A stretch of DNA of 64,000 nt from IMG/VR virus record IMGVR_UViG_3300037631_002929, positions 5,283 to 69,282 of that record, one strand, 5' to 3'. Below are positions 47,516 through 56,806 of this stretch, one piece after another. Every line of letters begins with the position of its first letter. Within the stretch, counting starts at the first letter, position 1. Position numbers and translations under genes: made by a program. Source of the stretch: a virus (taxonomy: Duplodnaviria; Caudoviricetes). Under the pieces are notes generated by a model. That model ran no database searches, was not told where the DNA came from, and saw only the letters and a list, made by a program, of their open reading frames with translations.

Positions 47516-49494
47516 AGACTCACGATTTAAAACCACTCGAAGCAGTTAAAGATTTTTATGGTCTCAACGAACAGTTGACCGGCGATAAACTTTCTGCTAA
47601 CCTCTCAAACATAGTCATGAGCTTTTGGCATGACTTAACATCCCCATTTGTTGCAGACCCGGACTCATTTGATATTCATAGCCATGGTATCGATGGACCT
47701 TATCGCTGTATCAAAATGACCCCTGGTGCCGATGTCATCGAACGCGTATACGACCGAGTCGACTCTAGGGCATCAGATCTTGTCAAGGCGCTTAACAAAG
47801 CGTTCAACTCATCTGCGTTTGACCTGAAGATTCGCCGCGAGAATGGTGAACTTGATCTTATGGTCGCATTCACCGGCGCTGAAGGTGGTATATTCACGTG
47901 TAACTCATTGGTCCAAGGTGGATCATTTGCGGTTGCTCTTCGTATTCCAAACGACGAAGAAATGAAAGTTACCTTTGACTCTATGGCACAGGTTCCAACA
48001 CCTTCTAATGTTGACCAGGGCCCTGCAGGTCCAGAGCTTGAACCCGCTCCGGCTGATGACTTTGACGACATTCCAGAGACCGATCCTCAAATGGATGACG
48101 GTATTCCTATGGAAGGTGCCTTTAAGAAACTGGCAACAGACGAAGAAGAGATGGAGCGCCTGGGTGTACAGCTATATAAAACTGCTCCAGCCGATGTTAA
48201 GAATCAACTCCCTAAGGCAGTTGCAGCCTTTATCCGTGACAACGTGCCACAATACGCAAAAGATAAAGGTTTTGATCCTAAGGACTTTCAAGCTGTTATG
48301 CGTGATATTATCCAAGACAAAGGAGAGATCACCGAAGAGATGGAAGACAATAAACCAAAGGGTGCAAAGATCGACCGTCCTGACTTTCAAGACGAGCCGT
48401 TCGAACCTGCGCAAGGTGACCTAGATACTCAGGACCTCGATCAAGAAAAAGAATTCCCTATCGATGAACAAGATGGTAAAGATCTTGCCACCCGTCTTGG
48501 TACAATTGAAGGTGCCTTACAGGCACTGATAACTCAAGTCGACGATGGTCCACTTAAGGATGAGATCCAACGACTTATCGGTATCGCGCAGTTACCACGA
48601 CCCGACCTTCTTAGAATGGGCGAATCTCTTCGATTAATCATGAGAGCCATCCCATTGCTGAAGACCGAAGAGATGCCTGATATGGAACCAGGTGATGCTC
48701 CGATCGTAGACTATGAAGACTACGAAGACGCCCAACAGTACAACGAAGGTATGGCCTCGAATACTCAAGATTACGTTAATCCCCGTTTAGTTAAAGCTTT
48801 AAATAAAGCTGGGATTACTGACTGGAAAGCTGTTAAAAAGGCTGGATATACTTCCTACGAGATCTGGCCCGGTTATGAAATTGCCGTTGATGGCAAAGGC
48901 ATTACCGTTATGAAAGATGGCAAAAAAGAAGGTTATTTTGATCGGCCAAAACGTGATTACAAAAAGGCTGTAGAACAGGTCAAAGATGGCAGAAGACTTC
49001 ATGTACAGCTTAGCCTTTACACCGCGAGGGCTTTGGGCGGCCCCGATATTGACCTTGTAGAAGAGATGGACGACTTGGGTATGGCTGTAGAATCTACCTC
49101 AAATACTCAAGTCGTCATTAATCACCTTTTACCTAAAGCTTTAAGGCAAGCTGGGATTGACTGCAAAGTTGTTAAAAAGATTGGATATACTTCCTATAAT
49201 TGTGGGAACGGCTATGAAATTGTCAATAATGGCGTAGGCATTACCGTTAAGAAAGATGGCAAAGAAGTAAGTTATATTGATCAGCCAAGACTCAATTACA
49301 GACAGGCTGTAGAACTAGTCCAACCAGTCACGAAAGAAGATGTCGCTGGTATGTCTGTGTCTAACATGGGTGGTAATGTCCCAGGCCACGATGCAGGTCC
49401 TGGTCCGGTCGTAAAGCGTGAAAAGAAGCCACAGCAAGAGTCTACTTCTTACCGTTACGTTTCACTTGAAAAGCTTAATCCATTTCAGAGGTAA
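47512..49494 (+). CDS. large multidomain protein with a duplicated ~75-aa domain (possible head-internal polyprotein)
   Basis: 660 aa; acidic linkers; repeat at 48757-48984 and 49099-49323. Confidence 0.6.
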   Translation: MKTHDLKPLEAVKDFYGLNEQLTGDKLSANLSNIVMSFWHDLTSPFVADPDSFDIHSHGIDGPYRCIKMTPGADVIERVYDRVDSRASDLVKALNKAFNSSAFDLKIRRENGELDLMVAFTGAEGGIFTCNSLVQGGSFAVALRIPNDEEMKVTFDSMAQVPTPSNVDQGPAGPELEPAPADDFDDIPETDPQMDDGIPMEGAFKKLATDEEEMERLGVQLYKTAPADVKNQLPKAVAAFIRDNVPQYAKDKGFDPKDFQAVMRDIIQDKGEITEEMEDNKPKGAKIDRPDFQDEPFEPAQGDLDTQDLDQEKEFPIDEQDGKDLATRLGTIEGALQALITQVDDGPLKDEIQRLIGIAQLPRPDLLRMGESLRLIMRAIPLLKTEEMPDMEPGDAPIVDYEDYEDAQQYNEGMASNTQDYVNPRLVKALNKAGITDWKAVKKAGYTSYEIWPGYEIAVDGKGITVMKDGKKEGYFDRPKRDYKKAVEQVKDGRRLHVQLSLYTARALGGPDIDLVEEMDDLGMAVESTSNTQVVINHLLPKALRQAGIDCKVVKKIGYTSYNCGNGYEIVNNGVGITVKKDGKEVSYIDQPRLNYRQAVELVQPVTKEDVAGMSVSNMGGNVPGHDAGPGPVVKREKKPQQESTSYRYVSLEKLNPFQR

Positions 49495-49497
49495 CAG

Positions 49498-49767
49498 ATG
49501 ACGTTTCTTCTTATCGTATTACCGAGCTTATTGACACTGGCATCTTTCATTGTCATAGCTCGGGCAGTATTCACCGCTGATTTTGCAGTAGAAGAATATA
49601 TCGAAGAACTTTCAACGTGTATGGTATTGGCTGTAGCCTCTAATATTGCACACTTAATTATGTCAGTAACTGGCTTTAACCTTTTGGCGATGTTAATAGA
49701 CCCACTTATGTTGGCTGTGGCATCTACTATTGCTTATCGTATATGGGAAGATTCTAATGGACATTAG
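49498..49767 (+). CDS. holin-like membrane protein (about 3 TM)
   Basis: 89 aa, largely hydrophobic; upstream of a spanin pair. Confidence 0.45.
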   Translation: MTFLLIVLPSLLTLASFIVIARAVFTADFAVEEYIEELSTCMVLAVASNIAHLIMSVTGFNLLAMLIDPLMLAVASTIAYRIWEDSNGH

Positions 49768-50047
49768 TGTATTTCAGGTGTTGGCCACTGTTGCAGTTTC
49801 ACTTATCACCGCGGTTAGTGGCGGTTGGATGGCTATGAAGCGGTTTAACCGAGAAGAAAAGAATCAACAAAGGGAGCAGCGTAGAGAGTTGCGTGACGAC
49901 CTATACAAAGAGATCGATCGTCTTGGGGCTGACAACGCTCACCTCAGGGAAGAAAACATCCGTCTCCAAGAAAAAATATTAGAGCTTCAGGGACAGATCC
50001 TTGAGCTCAAGACCGAAGTGGCATTACTTAAAGTGGAGAACAAATAG
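49757..50047 (+). CDS. single-TM plus coiled-coil protein (holin/antiholin candidate)
   Basis: N-terminal TM, then a heptad-rich charged tail. Confidence 0.45.
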   Translation: MDISVFQVLATVAVSLITAVSGGWMAMKRFNREEKNQQREQRRELRDDLYKEIDRLGADNAHLREENIRLQEKILELQGQILELKTEVALLKVENK

Positions 50048-50439
50048 TGTTCAGCTTTATGAATCCTCGGGTGTGGGCCTTGGTTGGGGTCGGTGCTGTT
50101 GTGGCTATCGGCTCCATTTGGGCAATTCACGCGTGGAACGGTATGGTACAATCTATCAAGGCTGAAGTCGCTCTTGAGTGTAATACCACACAGCTTGAAG
50201 AAGAACTCGCATTTGAAAAAGCCAAAAACGAAGACCTAGAGAGTCGTAATCAAGTCCTGAAACAGATCATTGACGGTTTTGAACCTGAGGTGATCGAACG
50301 CGTTGAGTTCCGTGATCGTGTGGTTACCGAGATCCGTGAAGTACAGGCTGAGGTCGAGTCGACTCAAGAAGGTAAAATACGAGAAGAGTTAAGTCCTACC
50401 ACTCGCCTCTTCCTTGATAGCTTAAAGGAAGAAGACTAA
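50047..50439 (+). CDS. inner-membrane spanin (Rz-like)
   Basis: N-terminal TM, periplasmic coiled coil; directly before a lipoprotein gene. Confidence 0.6.
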   Translation: MFSFMNPRVWALVGVGAVVAIGSIWAIHAWNGMVQSIKAEVALECNTTQLEEELAFEKAKNEDLESRNQVLKQIIDGFEPEVIERVEFRDRVVTEIREVQAEVESTQEGKIREELSPTTRLFLDSLKEED

Positions 50440-50738
50440 TGCGTTATTTGACAGTAGCTTTACTCCTTGCATTGGGTGCGTGTGCTACGACCCCACCAAA
50501 GATTGACCGCGTTCAGAAAGTTCCTATGTACGTGGTTATTCCTGACGAAATACTGGAACGTTGCCCTAGTGCTCCAAAGGTAAACCAGTCAGAACTTAAA
50601 ACCGAAACCGACTATAATGAGCGGTTTGTACTTCCTTTGTGGGAGTCATATCTACAATGTCGTAAGACTATAAATAACATTATCATCCTAAACGAAGACG
50701 CCAAGCGTCGTAATGCTGAAAGAAATAAAAATGACTAG
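50439..50738 (+). CDS. outer-membrane lipoprotein spanin (Rz1-like)
   Basis: Signal peptide with lipobox LGAC; Pro-containing, with Cys residues (IPDEILERCP...LQC). Confidence 0.65.
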   Translation: MRYLTVALLLALGACATTPPKIDRVQKVPMYVVIPDEILERCPSAPKVNQSELKTETDYNERFVLPLWESYLQCRKTINNIIILNEDAKRRNAERNKND

Positions 50739-52020
50739 TAAAACAAAGCAGATGATTGCTCTGATGGAAGCATTGAACGCTGTCAATGGCGCTAACAAAG
50801 CTTCGCAATCACTAAGCACACAGCCAACGCTTAGCGAGGCTACTGAGCTTGAAGAAGCGTTCGATCTTGACAAGGCGCTTGACAAAACAGATATGATTAG
50901 GGTTAGTCTTCCTAATGGCAGATCTGATCACATTCACCCAGACAAAGCCGCTGAACTCGAAAAAGACGGTAAGCTGGAGATGACTGGACCAAAAGCTGCA
51001 GTATACATTGGTGAAGCTCAGCAGGACGAAGCGTTCGGCATGTCAAAGCCCGATGCCAAAACCGCAAAGACCGAAACCATGGCCTTGCTGGCAGCGGACT
51101 ATGTCGAAAAGTTTGGCGCTGCTTTACCGATAACCAACGTCAGTGCCAAGGAGTGGTTCGAACGTAGTAAAGGTGAGATGAAAACTCACGGCATTGGTCC
51201 TGTGGAAATGATGGCCGCAATCATGTTTGCCAACCTCGTATACAAAAGAACACAATCCGAATCCGCTATTGACACTCCAGAACTCTCAGAAAGCACTATT
51301 GAGAAGGTCTTTAAAAAGATGGCCGCTGACGGCCTTTTGGATATGGATGATGAAGGTACATACACTTCCACGCTTGATTCAGTATTAGGCCCTGAAGCTA
51401 AAAAAGCTATCGCAACTAGTATTGCTAAGAGTGCAAAGCCGGGCCCAAAACGTGACCGAGCAGTTGCTAACTTGTCCGATGAAGCTGATCCAGTGAATGA
51501 ATTCTTGACCTTTGGTAAAAAGCCAACGACTCCTGAAGAAACCAAAGCGTATATTCTTAAAAAATATGCCGGTAAAATCAAAAAAGTCAAAGAACTGTAT
51601 AAGCAGTACCAAGCCGTTGCAGGTAAAAACATGTCGAGAGACGGCAAAACGGTTGGCTTTAAAGATGCTACAAAATCCCGTCCACAGTGGGATGCGTATA
51701 GGACCGCTGGCACGGAGCTTCAACAGATGATAAAGCAAAAGACTCGCGGCATGCCGGGTGCGGGTGACCTGGTTGGTTCCTGGCCGGACCTACAAAAAAT
51801 CCTTCAAACCGAAGCCCTTGAAGAAGGGGACTTTATTTTCGACGATGAGCTTAATGCCCAGATCACTAACTTCGAAAAAGCGGTATATTCACTGTCAAAT
51901 AATAAAAGCCTACGGGATCAATTTAAGAAGGGCGGTATCGACCTCGATAATATTGCGAGGAAGTTGCAGGATTTTGAGCCATTTAAACTCGATGATCCGT
52001 ACGAAGGCCTTGAAGACTAG
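50731..52020 (+). CDS. multidomain hypothetical protein (possible head-internal protein)
   Basis: Domains separated by LSE/LEE/VNE motifs; Lys-rich segments. Confidence 0.55.
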   Translation: MTSKTKQMIALMEALNAVNGANKASQSLSTQPTLSEATELEEAFDLDKALDKTDMIRVSLPNGRSDHIHPDKAAELEKDGKLEMTGPKAAVYIGEAQQDEAFGMSKPDAKTAKTETMALLAADYVEKFGAALPITNVSAKEWFERSKGEMKTHGIGPVEMMAAIMFANLVYKRTQSESAIDTPELSESTIEKVFKKMAADGLLDMDDEGTYTSTLDSVLGPEAKKAIATSIAKSAKPGPKRDRAVANLSDEADPVNEFLTFGKKPTTPEETKAYILKKYAGKIKKVKELYKQYQAVAGKNMSRDGKTVGFKDATKSRPQWDAYRTAGTELQQMIKQKTRGMPGAGDLVGSWPDLQKILQTEALEEGDFIFDDELNAQITNFEKAVYSLSNNKSLRDQFKKGGIDLDNIARKLQDFEPFKLDDPYEGLED

Positions 52021-52071
52021 TATACAATCCTGAAGAAGACCGAACATAGCACTTAAAATGCTAAAAGGCTA

Positions 52072-52100
52072 TGTACAATGCCACAATAATGTGATATACT
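52072..52100 (+). promoter_or_regulatory. early-type promoter upstream of nrdA (late TATAAATA at 52111-52118)
   Basis: TGTACA-N17-TATACT. Confidence 0.72.
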
Positions 52101-52120
52101 GTACATACAATATAAATAAT

Positions 52121-52148
52121 AGAGCGCTTCTACGGAAGCGCTCTTTTT
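52121..52148 (+). terminator. terminator-like hairpin in the nrdA leader
   Basis: AGAGCGCTTC-TACG-GAAGCGCTCT perfect 10-bp stem plus T run. Confidence 0.7.
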
Positions 52149-52165
52149 ATCTGATGAGGTTGAGA

Positions 52166-54436
52166 ATGAATGACTTGCACGTAACAAAAAGATCTGGTGA
52201 GACTGAGTCCCTCTCACTTGAAAAGATCCATAAAGTACTCGAGTGGGCTTGCGAAAACATTACAGGAGTATCAATATCAGAGATCGAATTACGTGCAAAT
52301 ATACAACTCTATGACGGCATTCCTGCTGATGACATTCATGAGTTACTTATCAAGTCCGCTGCAGAGCTGATCTCCGAAGATACCCCAAATTACCAATATG
52401 TAGCAGCACGGTTGATAAACTATAAGCTACGTAAATTGGTCTACGGCAAATACGATCCTCCACATATCCGTACTATCGTTGAAGACAACGTGTCCGCCGG
52501 TGTATATGACCCGGATGTACTTAACATATACAGTGACGAAGAGTGGGAAACCGCCGAACGGGCTATTCGTCACACTCGTGATAATACATTTGCATATGCT
52601 GGCATGGAACAGTTCCGAGGTAAGTACCTTGTACAGGACCGTTCGACTGGCAGGTACTATGAGACACCTCAGGTACTCTATATGCTCGTGGCTATGACTC
52701 TCTTCTCTGAGTATCCGGTTGATACACGTATGAGTTGGGTCAAGCGTTACTATGACGCCATCTCAACGTTTAAGATCTCATTACCGACGCCAATTATGGC
52801 AGGTGCCCGTACAAGTACTCGTCAGTTCTCGTCGTGTGTTCTTATCGAGTCCGGTGATTCACTCGATTCTATCTTTGCGACCGGTACTGCGGTAGGGCAA
52901 TATGCTGCCAAGCGTGCCGGTATCGGGATCAACGGTGGCGCAATCAGAGCTCAGGGTTCAAAGGTTGGTAACGGTGAAATCGTTCATACCGGAGTCATTC
53001 CATATTGGCGTTTCTTCAGAGGCGCACTGAAGTCCTGTTCCCAGGGCGGTATCCGTGGCGCCTCAGCCACTATCAACTATCCGTTCTGGCACCTTGAAGC
53101 CGAAGACCTTTTGGTTCTTAAGAATGCAAAGGGTACTTTCGAAAACCGTATCCGTGATATGGATTACTGCATTCACCTTAATAAGTTCTTTTTACAACGA
53201 GTCCTTGAGAAAAAACATATTACGTTGTTCTCACCCCACGAGGTTCCGGACCTATACGAAGCATTCTACTCTGACTCAGACCAGTTCGCTGAGCTATACG
53301 AAAAATATGAACGGTCTCGGTCACTCAAGAAGAAACGTATCAACGCCGAGGATTTCTATAAGACAATCTTGACCGAGCGTCAACAAACCGGTCGTATCTA
53401 CATCTTCTTTGCTGATAACGTCAACGATCACTCTTCGTTCAAGGTTCCGGTCAAGATGACAAACCTATGTACCGAGATCACGTTGCCTACTCAGCCATTT
53501 AGTAATGCGAGTGTCGACGAGGGTGAGATTGCCCTATGTACGTTGAGTGCTATTAACTGGGGTGTTATCAATCGTATTGAGGATTTCGAAGAGGTATGTG
53601 AGCTGGCCGTCCGCGGACTTGATGCCCTTCTTGATTATCAGAACTATCCACTTCCGATGGCAAAGACCTCGACCATGAACCGTCGTCCATTGGGTATTGG
53701 TGTTATCAACTTTGCGTACTTCCTTGCGAAGCGTGGACTTAAGTACGATAATGATGCCCTTGATACTGTTCATGAGTACGCCGAAGCCTGGTCATACTAC
53801 CTTATCAAAGCCTCGATGGAACTGGCCAAAGAGAAAGGGCGTTGCCCACTGTTTGACGAGACCAAGTATGCTGATGGTGTTATGCCTATCGATACGTATA
53901 AGAGAGAAGTTGATGAGTTGGTCGAGCCAGTGTACAATATGGACTGGGATCAACTTCGCGCTGACGTCCAGGAATACGGTGTACGTAACTCAACACTTAT
54001 GGCCCTGATGCCAGCTGAGACCTCAGCTCAGATTGCCAATGCGACAAATGGCTTTGAGCCGCCGCCAGAGCTTGTGACAAAAAAGAAGTCAAAGCATGGT
54101 ACTCTCGCTCAGGTTGTTCCTGAGATCCAACGGTTAAAAAATACATATGACCTACGTTGGAACCAAAGTGTTACTGCATACCTTTCGGTTGCTGCGGTGA
54201 TGCAAAAGTTCATGGACCAAGCCGGTTCGTTTAACACTAGCCACAATCCAGAAATATGGGGTGGGAAAATACCTCTGTCCGTATTGGCACACGATGTTAT
54301 GTTTGCCTATAAGTATGGACTCAAGACATTGTATTACGCCAACCCAGCGCCAACTAAAGTAGACAAAGACACAACAGACAACCAGGACGATGGTCCTGAA
54401 TCAGACGAGGAAGAGTGCGAGAGCTGCGTTATATGA
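52166..54436 (+). CDS. nrdA: class Ia ribonucleotide reductase alpha subunit
   Basis: ATP cone VTKRSG; RQFSSCVLI; SCSQGGIRG; TNLCTEI; MPAETS; C-terminal CESC. Confidence 0.96.
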   Translation: MNDLHVTKRSGETESLSLEKIHKVLEWACENITGVSISEIELRANIQLYDGIPADDIHELLIKSAAELISEDTPNYQYVAARLINYKLRKLVYGKYDPPHIRTIVEDNVSAGVYDPDVLNIYSDEEWETAERAIRHTRDNTFAYAGMEQFRGKYLVQDRSTGRYYETPQVLYMLVAMTLFSEYPVDTRMSWVKRYYDAISTFKISLPTPIMAGARTSTRQFSSCVLIESGDSLDSIFATGTAVGQYAAKRAGIGINGGAIRAQGSKVGNGEIVHTGVIPYWRFFRGALKSCSQGGIRGASATINYPFWHLEAEDLLVLKNAKGTFENRIRDMDYCIHLNKFFLQRVLEKKHITLFSPHEVPDLYEAFYSDSDQFAELYEKYERSRSLKKKRINAEDFYKTILTERQQTGRIYIFFADNVNDHSSFKVPVKMTNLCTEITLPTQPFSNASVDEGEIALCTLSAINWGVINRIEDFEEVCELAVRGLDALLDYQNYPLPMAKTSTMNRRPLGIGVINFAYFLAKRGLKYDNDALDTVHEYAEAWSYYLIKASMELAKEKGRCPLFDETKYADGVMPIDTYKREVDELVEPVYNMDWDQLRADVQEYGVRNSTLMALMPAETSAQIANATNGFEPPPELVTKKKSKHGTLAQVVPEIQRLKNTYDLRWNQSVTAYLSVAAVMQKFMDQAGSFNTSHNPEIWGGKIPLSVLAHDVMFAYKYGLKTLYYANPAPTKVDKDTTDNQDDGPESDEEECESCVI

Positions 54437-55488
54437 CATATTCCGTATTTAGAAAAGCCGAAGTATCACACCTGAAACGTAAGATGTTCTTCGACGAACC
54501 AGTCGATGTGGCTCGTTACGATAAGGTAAAATATCCACAATTTGAAAAACAGAATGACAAGATGTTGAGTCTGTTCTGGAGACCTGAAGAGGTCAATCTA
54601 GAAAAGGACCGTATCGACTTTGAAGGACTAACTGATCATGAAAGACACATATTCACATCTAACCTCAAACGACAGATCCTACTCGACTCTGTCCAGGGAC
54701 GAGGACCTGTGGCCGCGTTCGGCCCACTCACGTCGTTACCCGAGCTTGAGACTTGCTTCGTCACTTGGGAGTTCTTCGAGACGATACATTCCAGATCGTA
54801 CACTCACATCATAAGAAACGTCTATGCCGATCCATCTGTGGTATTCGATACCATGCTGGATATCCCTGAGATTATTGAGTGTGCTGAAGACATCTCAAAG
54901 TACTATGACGACTTGATGACCTATGAGGATAAGAAGTCTTTGTGGTTGTGTATGAACTCGGTCAATGCTCTTGAGGGTATCCGGTTCTACGTATCGTTTG
55001 CATGCTCATGGGCATTTGCTGAGCTCAAGAAGATGGAAGGCAACGCTAAGATCATCAAGCTCATTGCGCGTGACGAGAACATCCACCTTGCTATATCGAC
55101 TGCTATCCTCAAGCAACTCCCGAAGGATGATCCTGAGTTTATCCAGATCAAGGAAGAGTGTAAGGACGAGGTTCAACAAATCTTTATTGATGCTATCGAA
55201 CAAGAAAAGAAGTGGGCACAGTACCTTTTTAGGGATGGTTCGATGATTGGTCTTAACGCCGCAATGCTCGAGTCATATGCCGAATGGATCGGTACCAAGA
55301 GAATGAGAGCTGTCGGTGTTGAGTCACCATATTCTCCGGGTGGCTCCAACCCATTGCCATGGACCGAGGACTGGATTTCAGGTGGAGCAGTTCAGGTTGC
55401 ACCACAAGAAACCGAGATCGAAGAGTATATCGATGGTGGCGGTATCGAAGCAGATAACCTTGATATTCTTTCAGACTTTAAGCTATAA
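54433..55488 (+). CDS. nrdB: class Ia ribonucleotide reductase beta subunit
   Basis: FWRPEEV; LDSVQGR; ETIHSRSYTH; LEGIRFYVSF; RDENIH; VAPQE. Confidence 0.96.
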   Translation: MTYSVFRKAEVSHLKRKMFFDEPVDVARYDKVKYPQFEKQNDKMLSLFWRPEEVNLEKDRIDFEGLTDHERHIFTSNLKRQILLDSVQGRGPVAAFGPLTSLPELETCFVTWEFFETIHSRSYTHIIRNVYADPSVVFDTMLDIPEIIECAEDISKYYDDLMTYEDKKSLWLCMNSVNALEGIRFYVSFACSWAFAELKKMEGNAKIIKLIARDENIHLAISTAILKQLPKDDPEFIQIKEECKDEVQQIFIDAIEQEKKWAQYLFRDGSMIGLNAAMLESYAEWIGTKRMRAVGVESPYSPGGSNPLPWTEDWISGGAVQVAPQETEIEEYIDGGGIEADNLDILSDFKL

Positions 55489-55492
55489 ACTG

Positions 55493-55521
55493 TGTACATC
55501 AGTACCGATATGGTGTATAAT
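55493..55521 (+). promoter_or_regulatory. early-type promoter upstream of glutaredoxin
   Basis: TGTACA-N17-TATAAT. Confidence 0.72.
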
Positions 55522-55548
55522 AAAATTATAATATAGCAAGGAGAGAAA

Positions 55549-55770
55549 ATGTATCGAATCTATTCAAAGGACAATTGTAAGTTTTGTACGATGTCTAAAC
55601 AGTTACTCGAACAGAAGGGTATCTTATACGAGGAACTGAAGTACGAGACTGACTTTACCCGTGACGAACTGTTTGAACGGTTCCCACAAGCCAAAACATT
55701 TCCACAGATTGAAACCACTGATGGGGTATACGTAGGAGGATTTGACCAACTAAAGGAACTTATCGGGTAA
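55549..55770 (+). CDS. nrdC: glutaredoxin
   Basis: CKFC active site; TFPQI; VGGFDQL. Confidence 0.88.
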   Translation: MYRIYSKDNCKFCTMSKQLLEQKGILYEELKYETDFTRDELFERFPQAKTFPQIETTDGVYVGGFDQLKELIG

Positions 55771-55785
55771 CATATAAATAGTCAC

Positions 55786-56196
55786 ATGACGTGGCTATAC
55801 CAAGATAACGAATTCAATGAGACACCTGACAAGAAAGACTATGTTGGGTTTGTCTATCTAATTACCGAGCTTGCTACTAACAAGAAGTATGTGGGGAAAA
55901 AACTGTTCCATAAGCCAGCGTACCGTATGGTCAAGCTGAAGAATGGTACGAAGAAACGAAAGAGGGTATATGTAGACTCTGACTGGCGTGACTATCATGG
56001 ATCGTCAGTCTCGCTAAAGGAAGCTGTTGAAAGCAATGGCTCTGAAAAGTACAAGCGTGAGATACTTCGCTTATGTGCTAAGAAAGGTGAGATGAGTTAC
56101 TACGAACTCAAAGAACAAGTAGACCGTGAGGTCTTATTCTCTGACGAATACTATAACGAATTTATTTCGGCTAAGATCCATTCCAAACATCTTTAA
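55786..56196 (+). CDS. GIY-YIG family nuclease
   Basis: GFVYLIT...KYVGKK; DWRDYHGSS; YYN; late promoter 55773-55780. Confidence 0.75.
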   Translation: MTWLYQDNEFNETPDKKDYVGFVYLITELATNKKYVGKKLFHKPAYRMVKLKNGTKKRKRVYVDSDWRDYHGSSVSLKEAVESNGSEKYKREILRLCAKKGEMSYYELKEQVDREVLFSDEYYNEFISAKIHSKHL

Positions 56197-56287
56197 GTGA
56201 TATGTCAGAATACGTAAGCGTATAAATATAACTAAATGAACTAAAAGAGCAATAGACCGTATGGTCTGATTCTCAGACGAGGCCATT

Positions 56288-56806
56288 ATGATTATCGAAT
56301 TAATTGAACACAACACCAGGACTCCGCTCCATCTTATCATGGAGGTAAACAAGTCACTTGATGACTTTCATCGTGACCTCCGTGGAGTTGTTATTATAAA
56401 CTTTATTAAAAAGACCAATGGCCGACAGCGCCACATGGTCTGTACTCGTAACCCTGAAATAATTGAGAAGGTCGCCGGTGCTGCAGCTCTCGCCGCTGGT
56501 AACGAGTATAAAGGTCCACCAACAGTTATACCGGTCTTCGATCTAGTCAAGAAAGCTTGGCGTTCTTTTGACGTTAAGACCGTGCGTGACGTATCATCCC
56601 GCGAACTTGCTTCCCTTGCTTCACTGTCACGTAAAGACCGATACCGCGACGATAAAAAATTTGGTGTACTTCAACGGCTGAATCCGTTTAACCGTGATAA
56701 AGTTCAATTCAAAGATCACTATGTTCCGAGGTCTCAGACGCTTGTTGAGCATACCGCGATGGAAATACAATCTACCGAGATTTCCAGATTTAAGGATATA
56801 TTGTAA
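56288..56806 (+). CDS. WYL_2/SH3-like domain protein
   Basis: FIKKTNG..R.M.CTRN...VFDLVKKAWRSF; late promoter 56221-56228. Confidence 0.65.
   Translation: MIIELIEHNTRTPLHLIMEVNKSLDDFHRDLRGVVIINFIKKTNGRQRHMVCTRNPEIIEKVAGAAALAAGNEYKGPPTVIPVFDLVKKAWRSFDVKTVRDVSSRELASLASLSRKDRYRDDKKFGVLQRLNPFNRDKVQFKDHYVPRSQTLVEHTAMEIQSTEISRFKDIL

Noticed and set aside
52166-55488. Introns or inteins in nrdA/nrdB (also gp43, gp17, gp41)
   Set aside because: The ORFs are continuous and of normal length.
55786-56196. T4 denA (EndoII) orthologue or mobile homing endonuclease
   Set aside because: Similar size and position, but the motifs differ from EndoII as recalled, it follows a late promoter, and it has no DNA-binding extension; kept as a generic GIY-YIG.
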